Positions 39,507 through 52,793 of a stretch of DNA of 64,000 nucleotides are shown here, one piece after another. Below the pieces are notes generated by a model. The model saw nothing but the letters and a program-made list of their open reading frames with translations. It had not been told where the DNA came from and searched no databases. Made by a program: the position numbers and the translations under genes. This DNA comes from Mizuhopecten yessoensis. Taxonomy: Eukaryota. Location: NCBI RefSeq assembly GCF_002113885.1, contig NW_018408842.1, positions 178,074-242,073 of the forward strand, in the 5' to 3' direction. Positions within the stretch are counted from its first letter, which is position 1, and each line of letters starts with the position of its first letter.

Positions 39507-42176
39507 CTAAAGTATTTTGTCACTTTCTACGTAAACAGCATTTTCAAACGTGTTTTCCTCCAGTATCTGGACAAGCTTAAAGATTGGGGTATCTGGATGT
39601 TTCGTCTTTCCATTTGCTCTTAATTCTGAAAGACAAGTATCCTTATTTAATTTGATTTCACGTGTACCCACTAAACATATTGACTGACCATCAACATTTA
39701 CTCAGTTGCTTTACAGTGTGCACACATTGTATTCATTTATTGAAACACTTTATTATGTATTGTCAATTCAAGATTACTGATCTTGTGTGTTTAAGTTTAA
39801 TATTAAATTTGCAATAACTAGAACATTTGTGGAAAATGAACAAAAGTAGAGTGCATTAACATAAAAAATGCAATATAAGATGAAGTCGCAAGATCAAATT
39901 TAGGTTCCTAACTACATGTTGTAATTACGTATAAAACATTGTCGAATCAATGACTAGTTGATTCATACGGTACCAGAGTTATTAACCTGTATCTAACACA
40001 AACATGTTTATCTTGGTACTGCTATTGTAACGACTTAAAATAATCTCCAAAAGAAAACTAATTATTTCTTAGCATATGACCCAGTATTACAATGAGCACA
40101 CGTACCTTTTATTTTTCCAACAAAATACTTATTCATAGAAAATCTTTCAACTTCTTTTGCCATTTCGGTGTCGGCGGAGCCCGGTGCGAACGTCAGTATC
40201 CTCATAGACGGTTCCTCTACGGCCAATACACGGATGTACATATCACGGGCAGCCTTACCTATAGGTAGGAGTACATTTTGCATACATCGTAATTAAATAT
40301 GAACAGCAAAGTTAAAAAAAAAGTAATAGTCAATAACGTTACAATAATAAAAATACTACCTTCAACGGGAACAACATTGCCTTACCTAAAAGTTAACGTT
40401 AACAACAAGGTACATAACATAAATAACTATCAATTACGTTATAAGGATCTAAGCAAAAATTACGAAAAAATCTACAACCTTCAACCCAAGCAACAACTAC
40501 ACATAATAATATTTTATTTAGTACAATGTAAGTCAATTATTTAATTTCTGTGTCAACAAAAAAGGGCCTGTATGATTCCCTTACTCCAAACCTGCCGGCA
40601 ACAAATTGTATCAAACTAAAAGTTGCTATCATTATTAAATAATTCATTATAAGTGAAACGCCATCGCATAACGGTGTTGTCGGTTAATACGAAATAATAT
40701 TAACGAGACAATAATAACTGCTAAAGTTATTAAATACATCATATGAGGCCACAGTCATACATTCAGGATTTTTACTGCTGACCTTGATACAAGGACCATT
40801 CCCGATTAAAATTTGTCAAAAGTCTGATCATGATCCTGTGATTCGTGGCGAGACACCAATTTGTAAAAACATTTATTTAATCACGACAACAATCAGATAT
40901 TGTACAGGAAGCGTCCCGATTCAGTCGTTTCAAGCCGAATTCGTCTTGATTCTCCCGTTCTCAATCCGAATCTGATCCAATTTGTATCTTCTGCATAGTA
41001 AAAAAACCGACCGAATCTGCCTCGACAGCGTCTCGATTCTCCCGAACGTGATCCGACAGAGATCAAACAGTGACCGGACAGTGAACCGACGCGTTCGGCA
41101 AGATCTGGACGCAATCTGGACTCAATCGGCAAGAAACGGCAATGAAACGTTTCTCCAAATCATGCCTGTTCATCACAACAGCGTCTCCATCCACAGGACA
41201 CCGTCCAGACACCGTCCAGACCACACAGAACATTGTTAGGATTTTGATCCGATACAGCAGATTCTATCACGACATCATCATGATTGTTTTTCCCGAATGT
41301 TTTCGGAACGCACCTTACTGTCGAGAGTGCTTGGCCGACCTCTCTGGACCTTTCCCGATCAGTAGGACTCTGTAACGAGCGTATACGACTGCGTTCAGAC
41401 AATGATCGGTTATTCCAGATCATTGAGGATAGTAATCCGACTTTTTCGCTTTTCGTGACGTAGCGCTGTCTGATCTCAAACGGGAGCCATACTCGGCACT
41501 GTGTGAACGCCGCATACGGAGTTATGAATACTTAATGGTCAAAGTTTTAATCAATTAAATGAAACTATTGATCAAATAATTGAACTGATGGCATTAGATT
41601 AATGAATTATGCTATGTCATTTAAGTGGTCATTACCTGCACAGTAAAGATGCAATGATGCAATGGGAATTGAGGTAGCTGCCGACGTCATATTGACGACG
41701 ACACGAGACTTTGTAGAATCCATGAAAGTCTGAAAGAAGCTCGTGTTCAGGAGGATCATCCCGGTGAGGTTAATGTCGAAGTACTTCCGAACTGACGTAG
41801 AGTCGGAAAGTTCCAATGATCTCTTTGTTACATCACCGATAGTAGCACAGTTGTGAACGATCATGTATTGCTCAAAGTCATCTTCCGATATCTCATTTTC
41901 CAATAACAGTTCATTAAATATGTCTTTGAAATAATCCGTGTTTTCTAAGTTTCCCTGGTCATAATACCGCACCAAAACTTTGATATTTGGCGCAACAGAC
42001 ATCACTTCAAATTTGACACTCCCCAAAGCTCGACTATTCCTGGCCATGAGAACTATGACGGAGTTAGAGGGAAGCTTGGCACTCAATTGCAGTGCTATAG
42101 ATCTCCCCAGTCCTCTGCTGGCCCCGGCTATGGCTACAAAGGTTTTCTTTAGAAGTATGTTCGGGTGCTCCGCCAT
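39507..42176 (-). CDS. SPR: Sepiapterin reductase-like SDR, copy G, 270 aa; exons 42176-41636, 40258-40106, 39625-39507
   Basis: AGASRGLG, VLMARNSRAL, VNMTSA, YCAG|KAARDM; 541+153+119 nt in frame; ends NAVYVESDKIL*. Confidence 0.92.
40744..41514. mobile_element. GC-rich ~770-bp insertion in intron 1 of copy G (MITE-like, possibly PIF/Harbinger)
   Basis: Absent from the paralogous intron of copy E (flanks AATAACTGCTAAAGTTA and GGA(G/A)TTATGA join there); weak inverted ends TGAGGCCACAG / CTGTGTGAACGCCGCA; many CCGA/TCGG motifs. Confidence 0.55.
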
Positions 42177-44320
42177 ACTGTTGTTGTTGAAGTCACCTTT
42201 TAACACATATGTTACTACTGACTGTTGTAAAAAGACTGTGTGATATACATGTACATGTAACAGTATATCTTATCTGTGTTGTTATGCATAGTTGTAATCT
42301 AACGTGGGGTATATATTAGGGGTTAAGTGGTCTAAGCGTTGTCCTTGACCTTCCTACTATACATGTTACATTGTCACGTGTGTCACAAGTAGTGTCAGTT
42401 TATCTCATATGTTCGCCACAAGTAGTGTCAGTTTATCTCCTATATAATAACTATGAGCACTAAGCAGTCAGGCATGGCGTACATCATGTAGCACCTGACG
42501 CTGTCTGCGTCCGTAGAACAGCTACCTATGGAATAGCAACGGCAATATCCAACAATTGGGACGGTCCGCACGAGAAGACAAAAAACACTGAAATGGGTGG
42601 TGTGAGTTATAATTCGGAACCCCTAAGATTTTTTTTCATTCCACTCCGTTGTTGGCCAAAAGGAACGAACCCCTGTGGTTCAGACGATGCATTTACATAC
42701 ATTGGAACACTAATTGGAGTAGTCATTAGTCTATGTACTGTCCAAAAGTCCATTGTCAGCTTTTATTAATTATATAACCACGGACTCAGATCCTGTAATG
42801 TAACAAATTGATGTTTTTGCACCCTGTGCAGTACACGGCTCCAAGTCTAGGTTAAAACCATAACTAAAGGGTAAGCATGTTATACACACATTCTATCGGT
42901 ATAATGTTCAATGTGATTAAGGATTTTGTCAACAAAGTCCCTTATTTTAATTTTTGAAATTTTAATATGTATTATTAGAAACAAATCTTCATTATATGTA
43001 AATGTGAAAAGGATATTATGAAATACGAAAATTCTGCATTACCGTCGGGTCAATATGGTTTCTCCAGTATAACGGAATGAATCGTAAGGGTACACAGGTT
43101 GTGGCACATTTGAAAACATAATTCTTTCTTGTTTGCAATATTGAGGTTGGAATATTTTCAAAATATAAAAGTTTGTTTTAATTCGTGTGAGTATGATAAA
43201 ATTATTTTTACAACATCACAATTTAATCAATAAAATACGATAGTGTATAGTACCTTGCAATACCCTTTTGTATAATGGTTTCATCCATTATATAAGAGCA
43301 TGACCCCCGCTCCAAACGGTATGTCGTCTGCTGGATAACGGAGGTATTACATCAGTGCACATATGCGGACGTTTTAAACATAACATACGGACACCATCAA
43401 TAAGTACGTTATCTTATTTCATAATGTTCATATTTCAATGAAACTCAACAATGAGGTCATATCTATTTCATCCTTTTCAGTTACTGCAGCGTTCTTATTA
43501 TTTTTTTTCATAATGAATACTTCGAAACTACATTATAAAGATGGACATATTTCTCATCTTTCATTGAAAACAAACAACAAAAACATATAGTTGTCAGTGA
43601 TTAAACGTAGCACAGTATTTCGTATGGTTTTGTCCATGATGAGGATTTCAAAAGCAAAGATACACAATCCCAGTTAACAATTGAACATATGTCACTATTT
43701 CACAAAATCGTCATCGGATGAAGACCACTCCAAAAAAGAAGTAATTATGCGCTGTTTTCTTTACTAAACGATTACTTCTTGTTTTGTATCTAGGTGTAGA
43801 TGTTTTGTTCTTGTTGTGGGGTACTTTGTCACGATTTTCTTCTCTGATTCTACCGCAGGAACAAAATTCGTGGGGTGGCTTTTTTTTGCATACATCAAGT
43901 GTACGTAGGAGCTTCACTATTGGTGCTTGGCGCAGTTGGAGCAATGCGTGTTGTTCCATGGGCGGATGCTCTTTCAAACGTACATTTAGAAGTAGATGTC
44001 TGTTCCCCAGTGTTACCCGTTGCAATTTCACTAATTCCGATTTCATCGTCGGCCACGCTGTCAGCGTTACTTCTAATGATGGGAGTATTGCCATTCTTTT
44101 GAGATGACATTAACTAAGTGTTGAAGAGCGGGGTGGTATAGGTGAAGTTGAGTAAGGGTTCCAGTGTGAATATACTTTTTAACAAACGAAAAAACGCCTC
44201 AAACTAGTTGTCATTGGAAGTGTGTGTGGTTCCTCAAATTTATTTTAGTAGTCCCGTCCCTTTGAAATGACCTTCTGTGTGCTTCCATGCACCTTCTGTT
44301 GGGTTTGTGTCAACCTCCAT

Positions 44321-46505
44321 AATCTGACCAGTTTCAACATTTTTATACACTTTTTTTTCAATCGTATCGTGTGAATAAGGGAGAAATGACGATACCCTAG
44401 ATCGTTCAGAAGTGTGTGAAGAAATTCGTGTTATCTCTTATCTAAAATTTGGGATAGTCGTTGGACTATATATATGGCGACGAGGTAAAAAAAAATCGTT
44501 CCAAACTCAATGTATGTTACAGTTCATTCTTATCAATGCACACTTAAAGTATTCGTTTTGAATTATTCTCAAATGAAACTTGCCCAATCTACAGAAGACG
44601 TTTTATAGCTTTTACCGGAAAGTGAAGCACAATCGTGTAGAGTTTGACTGTCCAGAGATTCCCTAATAAATTCAAGAACGTCGCGTACGCCAAGTTTGGG
44701 ATTTTCAAATAATGACAATTTTCGACTTCTAAATTCGTGGGACGCATTTCCGGTATACCGCAATGTATATACTTCTGGTTTGTTGTAGCGACGGCCCTCG
44801 TTACAAGGTATTTAACATGTTGGACACTTTAAAGATTTTAGTAACAAACTCAGGACGACGGAATCCGGTTTCAGCAAAAGATCAAAAAAGTTTATAAACG
44901 AGTTTTTAAAATCTGCGAATTTAATGTTGTCGACGTCTGTTGATCGGCGCCGAAAGTTGTTAAATCCTCCACCTGTTCACGACTCATTGACTAAAACAAT
45001 AAACTTAACATGCAGTGAATGTTAGTAATTATTTGTGAGGTATTACTTACGATACCCGTTTTAAATGATATTTGGCGTTACATTCAGTACTGAAAACATA
45101 CATAGTAACTTCTAAATACATCCATGCTTCCCTTTTAATGAAAACTTTATTTCAGGATAAATTGCATGCTCAGGTGTTATCATTGACAATGTACATAATG
45201 ACATAAAATCGGTTCATATACATTTATGGTTTTACATGTATGTTTTACTTCTCATCTTTTTAAAACTTTTTACTAACTTAAAACAATTATTGTTTAATTT
45301 TTCAAATTTTGACCTGCTTTGTTTTTCTTTTCAAACATTTAACTTTTTAAAAAAAAAATTATTATTCTATTTTTCTTCTTCTAACATTTCAATTTACAAA
45401 TTCCATTTTTTCACTTTTTTTTTAATGTTCACATGTTCACATGTACCTGCTTTAGTTCTTCGTTTCTAGTCTACACAATGACAAGTACTTAATCATATTG
45501 TAAATAGATAGGGATATTAAACGAAATCTTACTTTATATTTTGGTATCTATCGGTTGCAAATCTTCGGATGCCGTCCAAATATTCAAAATATCCGTTAGT
45601 TACGATGCACGTAAACAATCCCTTTCTGTTACGTCCTTCCTCAAATAATTTAAAAGCGCAGTTCAGATGTCTCTTGGCCACATCATCTTTACACAAATTC
45701 ATCAAATTTGTCTATTCCAAAATGACGCATGGGTTTAAACCATTTACGTACACGAATGTGCAAAAATCATAATTCTGTCCCAATGCTTTTTTAAAAGTGT
45801 GAGATACAAAATAGGCTCATATTTCATGTTTTGTTATTCAGTATATATGCTCACCTATCGGATGTTCATAACGATTAATTCCGGTTACGTGCAGTAACAC
45901 GAATTTCTGAAGTTTAAAAAAAACCACATTTTTTTGAGTGTACATAAACTAGAATGAACTATAACATACATGGATATAGGAACGATTTCTTACCTCGTCG
46001 CCATATATATAGTCCAACGACTGTCCCAAAGTTTAGACAATAAATAACACGAATTTCCTTACTTTTCCCCAAAAAGGATTCCAAGCCCCTTTTTTCATAA
46101 TATTGTCCCCAAAATAAATACTTTTAGTGTACATTAATAAGAATGAGCTATAACATACATGGATATAGGAACGATTGATTACGTCGTCGCCTTATAGTTT
46201 AGATAATAAATAACACGAATTTCTTCACTTTTCCCCCAAAAGAAATATTCCATGCCCCTTTTTTCATAATATTGTTCCCAAAATTTACCGCTTTAGTGTG
46301 CTTCAATTAGAATGAACTATAACATACATGGATTTAGGAACGTTTTCATACCTCTTCTATATAGTCCAACGACTGTCCCAAAGTTTAGATACTAAATAAC
46401 ACGAATTTCTATACAAATATCTGAACGATCTAAGATATCGTCATTTCTCCCTTATTCGCAAGACACAATTCAAAAAACTGTATAAAAATGTTGAAACTTG
46501 TCAAT
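44321..46505. repeat. Long inverted-repeat structure (~240-bp arms) with ~3 tandem ~185-bp units on the right arm; foldback-like element
   Basis: 44325-44560 is the reverse complement of ~46290-46503 (AATAAGGGAGAAATGACGATA, GAAATTCGTGTTAT, GTCGTTGGACTATATA); unit AATGAACTATAACATACATGGATATAGGAACG at ~45953, 46142, 46311. Confidence 0.75.
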
Positions 46506-48153
46506 TTGGTAATGGTCTTTGGTTACAATCTGTTAACCGAACAAGAAACCAATTATTATACCGGCACCGGTCTGTCGTTGACTCAAGCTCAAAATATATC
46601 GCAAATCCTTGTTTTAATTATCAGGCCGCATTATATGAGAACGACAATGTGCCTGTCAAGTATTGTTAATTTCAAGCCAGATGAATTGTTCGTTAAAATG
46701 GTATTTCGTTTGATACAATATATTAAGTATAAGTGTACCACGATAGCTTTGAGAAGCGAGAATGTCTAGCGATACAGAAGTTTCGACAACTGGTTCCAGT
46801 AATGCAATCTGAAAGAAGTCTTTTGTAACGGTTAATATTTAGCAATACCCGTTAATTAGATAATATGTAATAGTAAATATGTAAAGGATAACTTAGGTAC
46901 AATTTACGATACTACTTTTAAACATATAATCAGTAACCATGGGTCCAAATCAGCTAACCATAGTTTAGTGGATGATGATTTGTCTTCTCAAGCCTGTTGC
47001 AAAATGCAGGCAATGCTTAGAGAGTCTTTATCTTTAATGATATTAATATTAAATTATGGACTTTGTGTACAAATATGCTTCAACAATAATTTTTTGTATA
47101 GATCACTTCACTGCAGCGAGCCTCCATGTAAAGTTTAACAAGAGTTGAATCCAACAATTCGGAATCGTAGTTTTCGAAAACATCGTCAAGGTTCTTTTTC
47201 TTCAGATAAGCATGGAGGACATGCACTGCGTGTTCGGTGGCCTTTATTTTTGTTTTAACATCATCTTAATATTTTAGTATTTTTGCGAAAAATGTCCATC
47301 AAAATTATCTTTAGAAAATCGATATTCACCGGATTACTAGTTTATATGATTTAAAGGACTGGTCACGTGTATAGGATCCTGCCAATGTGATTGCGAGAAA
47401 TGTCCAAGCATATAATAACGATAAACAGGTTACATGTTTTAATTGTACCTGCCATAACCCTAATATTAGTGGTAAAGTTATTAATAAACACACTTTACTC
47501 GTAATCGTAATTGATTTGTAAATAAGCATTTTTCTAATCTTTTCGCTTTCAGCTTAAAAAAACTCCACTTGCAACAGTATCCTATATTGCTTATTTTTAC
47601 ATAGTGAATGGAGCGTGAGCTGAAATCAAAAATAAGCTTGTCATAGCTTGACAAAGGGACCAGTCGGTTTTGCAACGTTGCAACACGGCTAATTAGTACA
47701 TTGTTTGCGTATGAAGTAAAACTTTCCTATTACTTAAGATCAGTTTGCATGCACTCTTCTAACTCCGTAGATTGTATCGGTCGGTCGATCCAACCTCTGT
47801 TTGGTCAAACTCCAGGTCATCGACCTTGATGTGTTGAGTAATGACACAGTTAATAATAAACACATTCACTTGTAATTGATTTGTAATTATCAGTACTCTT
47901 CCTGGTTTTCAACATAAACTTCAATGGACTCGATACTGTCTCCCGTATCGTAAATGTTAGCAGGTCAATCGTGCGTGACCTGATATTAAAGTTTACCTCA
48001 TACACTAACAATGCACGTATTAAACGTGTTGCAACGTTTCAAATCTGACTCATCCTTCTATCACACTATGACAATCTTTAATGTAGTCCTGGATATCTAC
48101 AAAAAATAATAACTCTGGAGATATTTCAACATTGGCATGAGTTATTTTGAAGG

Positions 48154-48472
48154 CGAACACCACAATTTAACCCAGGTTTTTGTAAGAAGCTTGTTTGTTA
48201 ATTGAACTTTTCTTTAATAAACATTCGAAAATAGATATATGCATATACAGTATATAACACTTTAGATATTTGTGGACAGATTCACATTAGCGTTATGAGT
48301 CCCGACGTTGACTCGTCTCGAACACCACAATTTAACCCAGGTTTTTGTTAGAAGCTTGTTTGTTAATTGAACTTTTCTTTAATAAACATTCGAAAATAGA
48401 AATATGCATATATACCACTTTAGATATGTGTGGACAGATTCACTTGCCCGTTATGTGTCTTTGCTCGTCTCG
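48154..48472 (+). repeat. 165-bp tandem duplication
   Basis: CGAACACCACAATTTAACCCAGGTTTTTGT..AGAAGCTTGTTTGTTAATTGAAC at 48154 and 48319. Confidence 0.9.
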
Positions 48473-48888
48473 ATCTCTTGATCTTTATATTTATTACATT
48501 ACCATCAAACTTATACACAATGTCATGTACAGCTTGTTACAGGTATACAAATAATGTATGTATGTATGATTGCAAATAAATGGCATTAATTAATTATTTG
48601 TTTTTTTTGCTTATTTTTCAGTTGACTACAACTGTACAGTCGTGTACCCGTATACTAGCTGGATATTTATCATTCTGGCTTTGGTATGACGCAATATTTA
48701 GAGCTTGGATCAAGAGATGACTCAAGTATTGTTAATATATATGTCAATGTAACGCTTTGTGACTTTACTAGGTACATGTTTCGGATACTTATAATACAAA
48801 GTTTGAACACCTCAAACTAGAGAAACGATATATATAAATTAACAAACAATCTTCAATCTGATGCAGATTCAGATTTATTTACCGTTAC

Positions 48889-49230
48889 GAGGCACGGTAG
48901 TCTAGAGGTAGGACGCCGGGTTTGTGACCTAAGGGTTGCGGGTTAGAGTCACGTCACGGCGCCGTGTTGTATCTTTGAACAAGATACTTTACTTCGCTTT
49001 TTCCAGTCTACTCAGCTGTAAATGAGTACGTGGTTGGGCAGTGCTAAAATTGTTGAATGCTAGCTGTGAGCGCCGAAATGGCAGCTTCGGCTGTATGCTA
49101 CCCAGGGAGTTGAGAAAGAGTTTGGCTGGTTGCAAAGGCCCTATAATCATGGATAATAATATGTGAACCACTTTGAGACGATCTACGAACTAGGTTGTGA
49201 TAAAGCGGTTATCGAATTATAATTATATAA
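48889..49230 (+). mobile_element. tRNA-derived CORE-type SINE
   Basis: Decayed A/B boxes (GGTAGTCTAGAGG, GGGTTAGAGTC), CORE-like TGTATCTTTGAACAAGATACTT..CTCAGCTGTAAATGAGTAC, AT-rich tail. Confidence 0.65.
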
Positions 49231-49439
49231 ACTATCATTTAGTCAATATGAATCAAGTAGCAATAACAAAGAGTTAATGTAAGATTAAGATTTGTTCTAG
49301 CACAACTGCGATGTAACTATATTATGTGTGACTCGTGTTATCTGAATGAACTTTGACAAATGAGGACACACGCACGATTGATCATTTTACACGTTTCCGC
49401 ATTCACGCAGTTTACTTCAGAGGCAGTGATTGTTAACAA

Positions 49440-50086
49440 GAAAATAAGTTTTCGCTAGGTGACTTATAGCAATACATGATCGTTCACAACTGTGCTGGCA
49501 AAGGCATCGTTGGAACTTCGTCCGATTCCTTGTCAGTCCGGAAGTTCTTCCACGTCAACTTGACCTAAATAATATTATTTAACACGAGCTTCTTCTAGAC
49601 TTTTGCCGATTGCTAATAATCTCTGGTTGTGTTTCATATGACGTCAGGCGCCACATCCACTCCTTTTCCAACACTAAATATTTACCTTGCAGGCTACGTA
49701 CGATAATTAAAACACTCTCTGCTTACTTAGTAACTGAGCTGTTATTTTAAACAAATTTGCCAAAAACAAGAACGTTGTATGTTGTGAAGTAGCTGTTTCT
49801 TATAAGACTGTAGGCTTATTATTGCAACATGTTGTTTTTGCCTTGTGTACGCTATTGATTGTATTCAATGTTTGAACAATGTTGTTTATTACTTGTAAAC
49901 GTCAGATATGTTATACATACTACGTATAGGTAAGGCTGACCGTGACGTGTATATGCGTGTATTGGCCATAGATGGTCCTCGCTGAGTGTACTAACATTCC
50001 CATTGCGTTTCTTCGACGCGGGTATTGTAAAAACCAACTGAGACGACGTCAATGAACAAGTCTCTCATTTCTATTGAAGGGATAAT
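49440..50086 (+). pseudogene. SPR-like pseudogene H, inverted relative to the array (3' part of exon 1 and exon 2)
   Basis: QYMIVHNCA at 49470, VRKFFHVNLT*, NTSFF*TF, HMTS; donor mutated at 49693; exon 2 remnant AG|GTAAGGCTGACCGTGACGTGTATATGCGTGTATTGGCC from 49930; intron-2 motif conserved at 50108-50175. Confidence 0.85.
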
Positions 50087-50374
50087 GTACGTGTATCTTT
50101 AGTATTGCATTTGTATTGACAATAAATATATGTCTGAGTACAATAGAAAAAATTATACAGAAATTGAGTCAGTATTTACAGGTCATGAAAAATCGAAGTG
50201 TATAAAACTCGTAGTCTGTTGTTACCAGTGAGATCCATTACGACAATTTAGTGTTTTTATTTCCCGAAAGTACAAAGTAACATCAAACTTACGGTGAGAT
50301 AACCAGCAATAAAAACGTATTTTTATTTCTATTAATATGGTATTAGAGTTTAGAATATAGTAAGATCAAACGAC

Positions 50375-51524
50375 TTTCTAGGTCACCTGAGACAAAGTCT
50401 CAAGAGACTTAATGCGATCGCCTTTTGTCCGGCGTCGTCCGTCGTCCATCGTGCATCGTGCGTCCGTAAACAATTTACATTTTCGACTTCTTCTCCAAAA
50501 CCCCTGAACCAATTTCAATGAAATTTCGCAGAAACCTTTTATGGCCAAAGGTTGGAATTGTGAATTATATGGTCCCCAGCTCCCAGGGGCCTGAGGGGTG
50601 GGGCCAAAAAGGGTCAAATTGACTGAAATTTAAAAAAAAATCTTCTCAAGATCCAGATATGTTAGAATCAAATACTCTTCATAGATGGAAGGGTCTTCAA
50701 GTACTTTATCTAAATTGTGAATTTCATGACCCTAGGGTCTCACGTTTCCCACTTGGGGAGGGGGTAAACTTTACTATAGTTAAATAGGGAAATCACATTT
50801 TGGACCAACATTTGTTTAATTTCCATTGGAAGTAATTCAATTTGGGTTAGCATTATCAGTATTGGATAGCAGTTTGATGGTATGCACATATCAGCCCTGA
50901 CTGACCTCCAGGGGCTGAAGGGTGGGGTAAAAAACGATTGAATTTACAGAAATTACAAAAATCTTTTTCTCAAGACCCAGAAATGGTAGAATCAAATACT
51001 CTTTATAAATGGAAGGGTTTTAAAGTGCTTTACCAAAATTGTGAATTTCATGACCCTGGGGTCTCACGTTTCCCCCTGGGGAGGGGGTAAACTTTACTAT
51101 AGTTTATATAGGGAAATCACATTTTGGACCAACATTTGTTGGGGGTGGCAAAATGTATTATGGTTCATATTGGCAAATGATGCTTTGGATATTACATGTT
51201 GATAACTTGATTGGAATTATAACCCTGAGTTGACAGTTTGATACTTTAAACATTTTGAGTCAGCCCTACTCCTAAGGAATGTAGGGCGGGGCCCAAAGGA
51301 GTCAGTGTGCTAAGATTTCTTCATTTTCCTTGTTTAGAATCAGAGGTGCTAGTTTCAAATACTTTTCAGTCTTAAATCTGTATGCTAGATATTGAATAAG
51401 GTGGTTTTATTGTTTTTTGATGACTTTGAATAATATTTCTGTTCATGTTTTAAAAACAAAAATCAACTCTTTGTATAAATATATCAAAACTCGGGTGACC
51501 CCTAAGGCCTATGGGCCTCTTGTT
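50375..51524 (-). mobile_element. Second HINE/Helentron-type non-autonomous element
   Basis: Minus-strand 5' end AACAAGAGGCCCATAGGCC..GGTCACC; internal duplicated ~330-bp block (50635-50815 vs 50960-51140); CGTC microsatellite 50430-50466; hairpin TGAGACAAAGTCTCA. Confidence 0.8.
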
Positions 51525-52793
51525 TAAAGTCCATGCAGGTATGTACGGAGGTCAGGTACATATATATCCCACTAGGCCACAGCTGATATCAAACGGAGTA
51601 CACTGAACCCGACATGGTATTATATGAGATGTCTGTAAAAGGTGAAATATACAAAAGAAGCTTAACAAGAAATGACATGAGGTGAGCGTTAATCACCTGG
51701 TTAGTTGATTAAATTAGTTACATACGTACACGTGCTCGTAAGCAAATACAGATTGTATATCCGGTAGTCAGTGATATGGAAATAGCAAGTCTTTACTAAA
51801 TTCTTTCCAGTCCTTTGATAAATCTTTAAATGCAGATATCGGTTGCATGTGTACACAACTAATGCAAGACCAGGTTAGTTAAATATTTTCACATTTTGTT
51901 CACAGTATACTCTATCAGGTACACGTAACTGATTCACTACTGTATATTGACATGCTTCACGATTCAATAACACACCCTTTTCATCGTACATTGACATTGC
52001 GAAGTAACACACTATTCCATTGATGAGTTAATATAATCATTGTTCATGTAGGAATACCAATTCAACTATCTTCATATTATTTATCTAGCATAATTTAAGC
52101 ATGATTTGTTTCAGTATGAAAATGTAAATATTACCTCAGACATATAGTTCTAGTGTAAACAGTATGTTGCGTATGTTAAGTAATTGTATATTTGTAAGTA
52201 GTCTTTACCATACATTGCTTTAGTATACAATTCATCTCAGTCCTTTGTAATAATGTAAATGTATTTAGAATTGCAAAGACCAAATATGCCTTCTACAATG
52301 GTGCACAGGAAAAGTAAATATTAAATTGAGTGGAGCGTCTGCAACTGTAATTTGTATGCTTTTTCATGTCATCGTTAAACATCGTGTATTTTTTAATCAG
52401 TTAGAATATTGTATTATTATATTCAATACATTATTAAAATTTTGCTAAAATCACAGGTAACTTTTAAAATCCTTTGTCAAATGAATCATATATTGATACG
52501 CATATACAATAATTCTGACAGCATATGTCAGTCTTACAAATTAAACTGACAAATAGCAGCAAGCAGTGTGTGAGACTGACACACGCTGTCAGATTTAGTG
52601 GACGAAATGCCTGTCTCTCTGTGTGTCTTTTCCACACTTGCTTGTACACTGTTTTTTCTTAAATTTTGATGATACATCTCTATCGCAAAAACACATATTT
52701 ATTTCATAGTTACCCATCAACAAAATATTTCAAGAGTTTTTACTCTGTATCCCATGTTACAGTTCCTGTCACGAATCTACATAAACAAATAGC

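Noticed and set aside
43711-44110. Overlapping ORFs of 71-127 aa on both strands
   Set aside because: No recognisable motif or splice structure; probably decayed mobile or viral-like sequence
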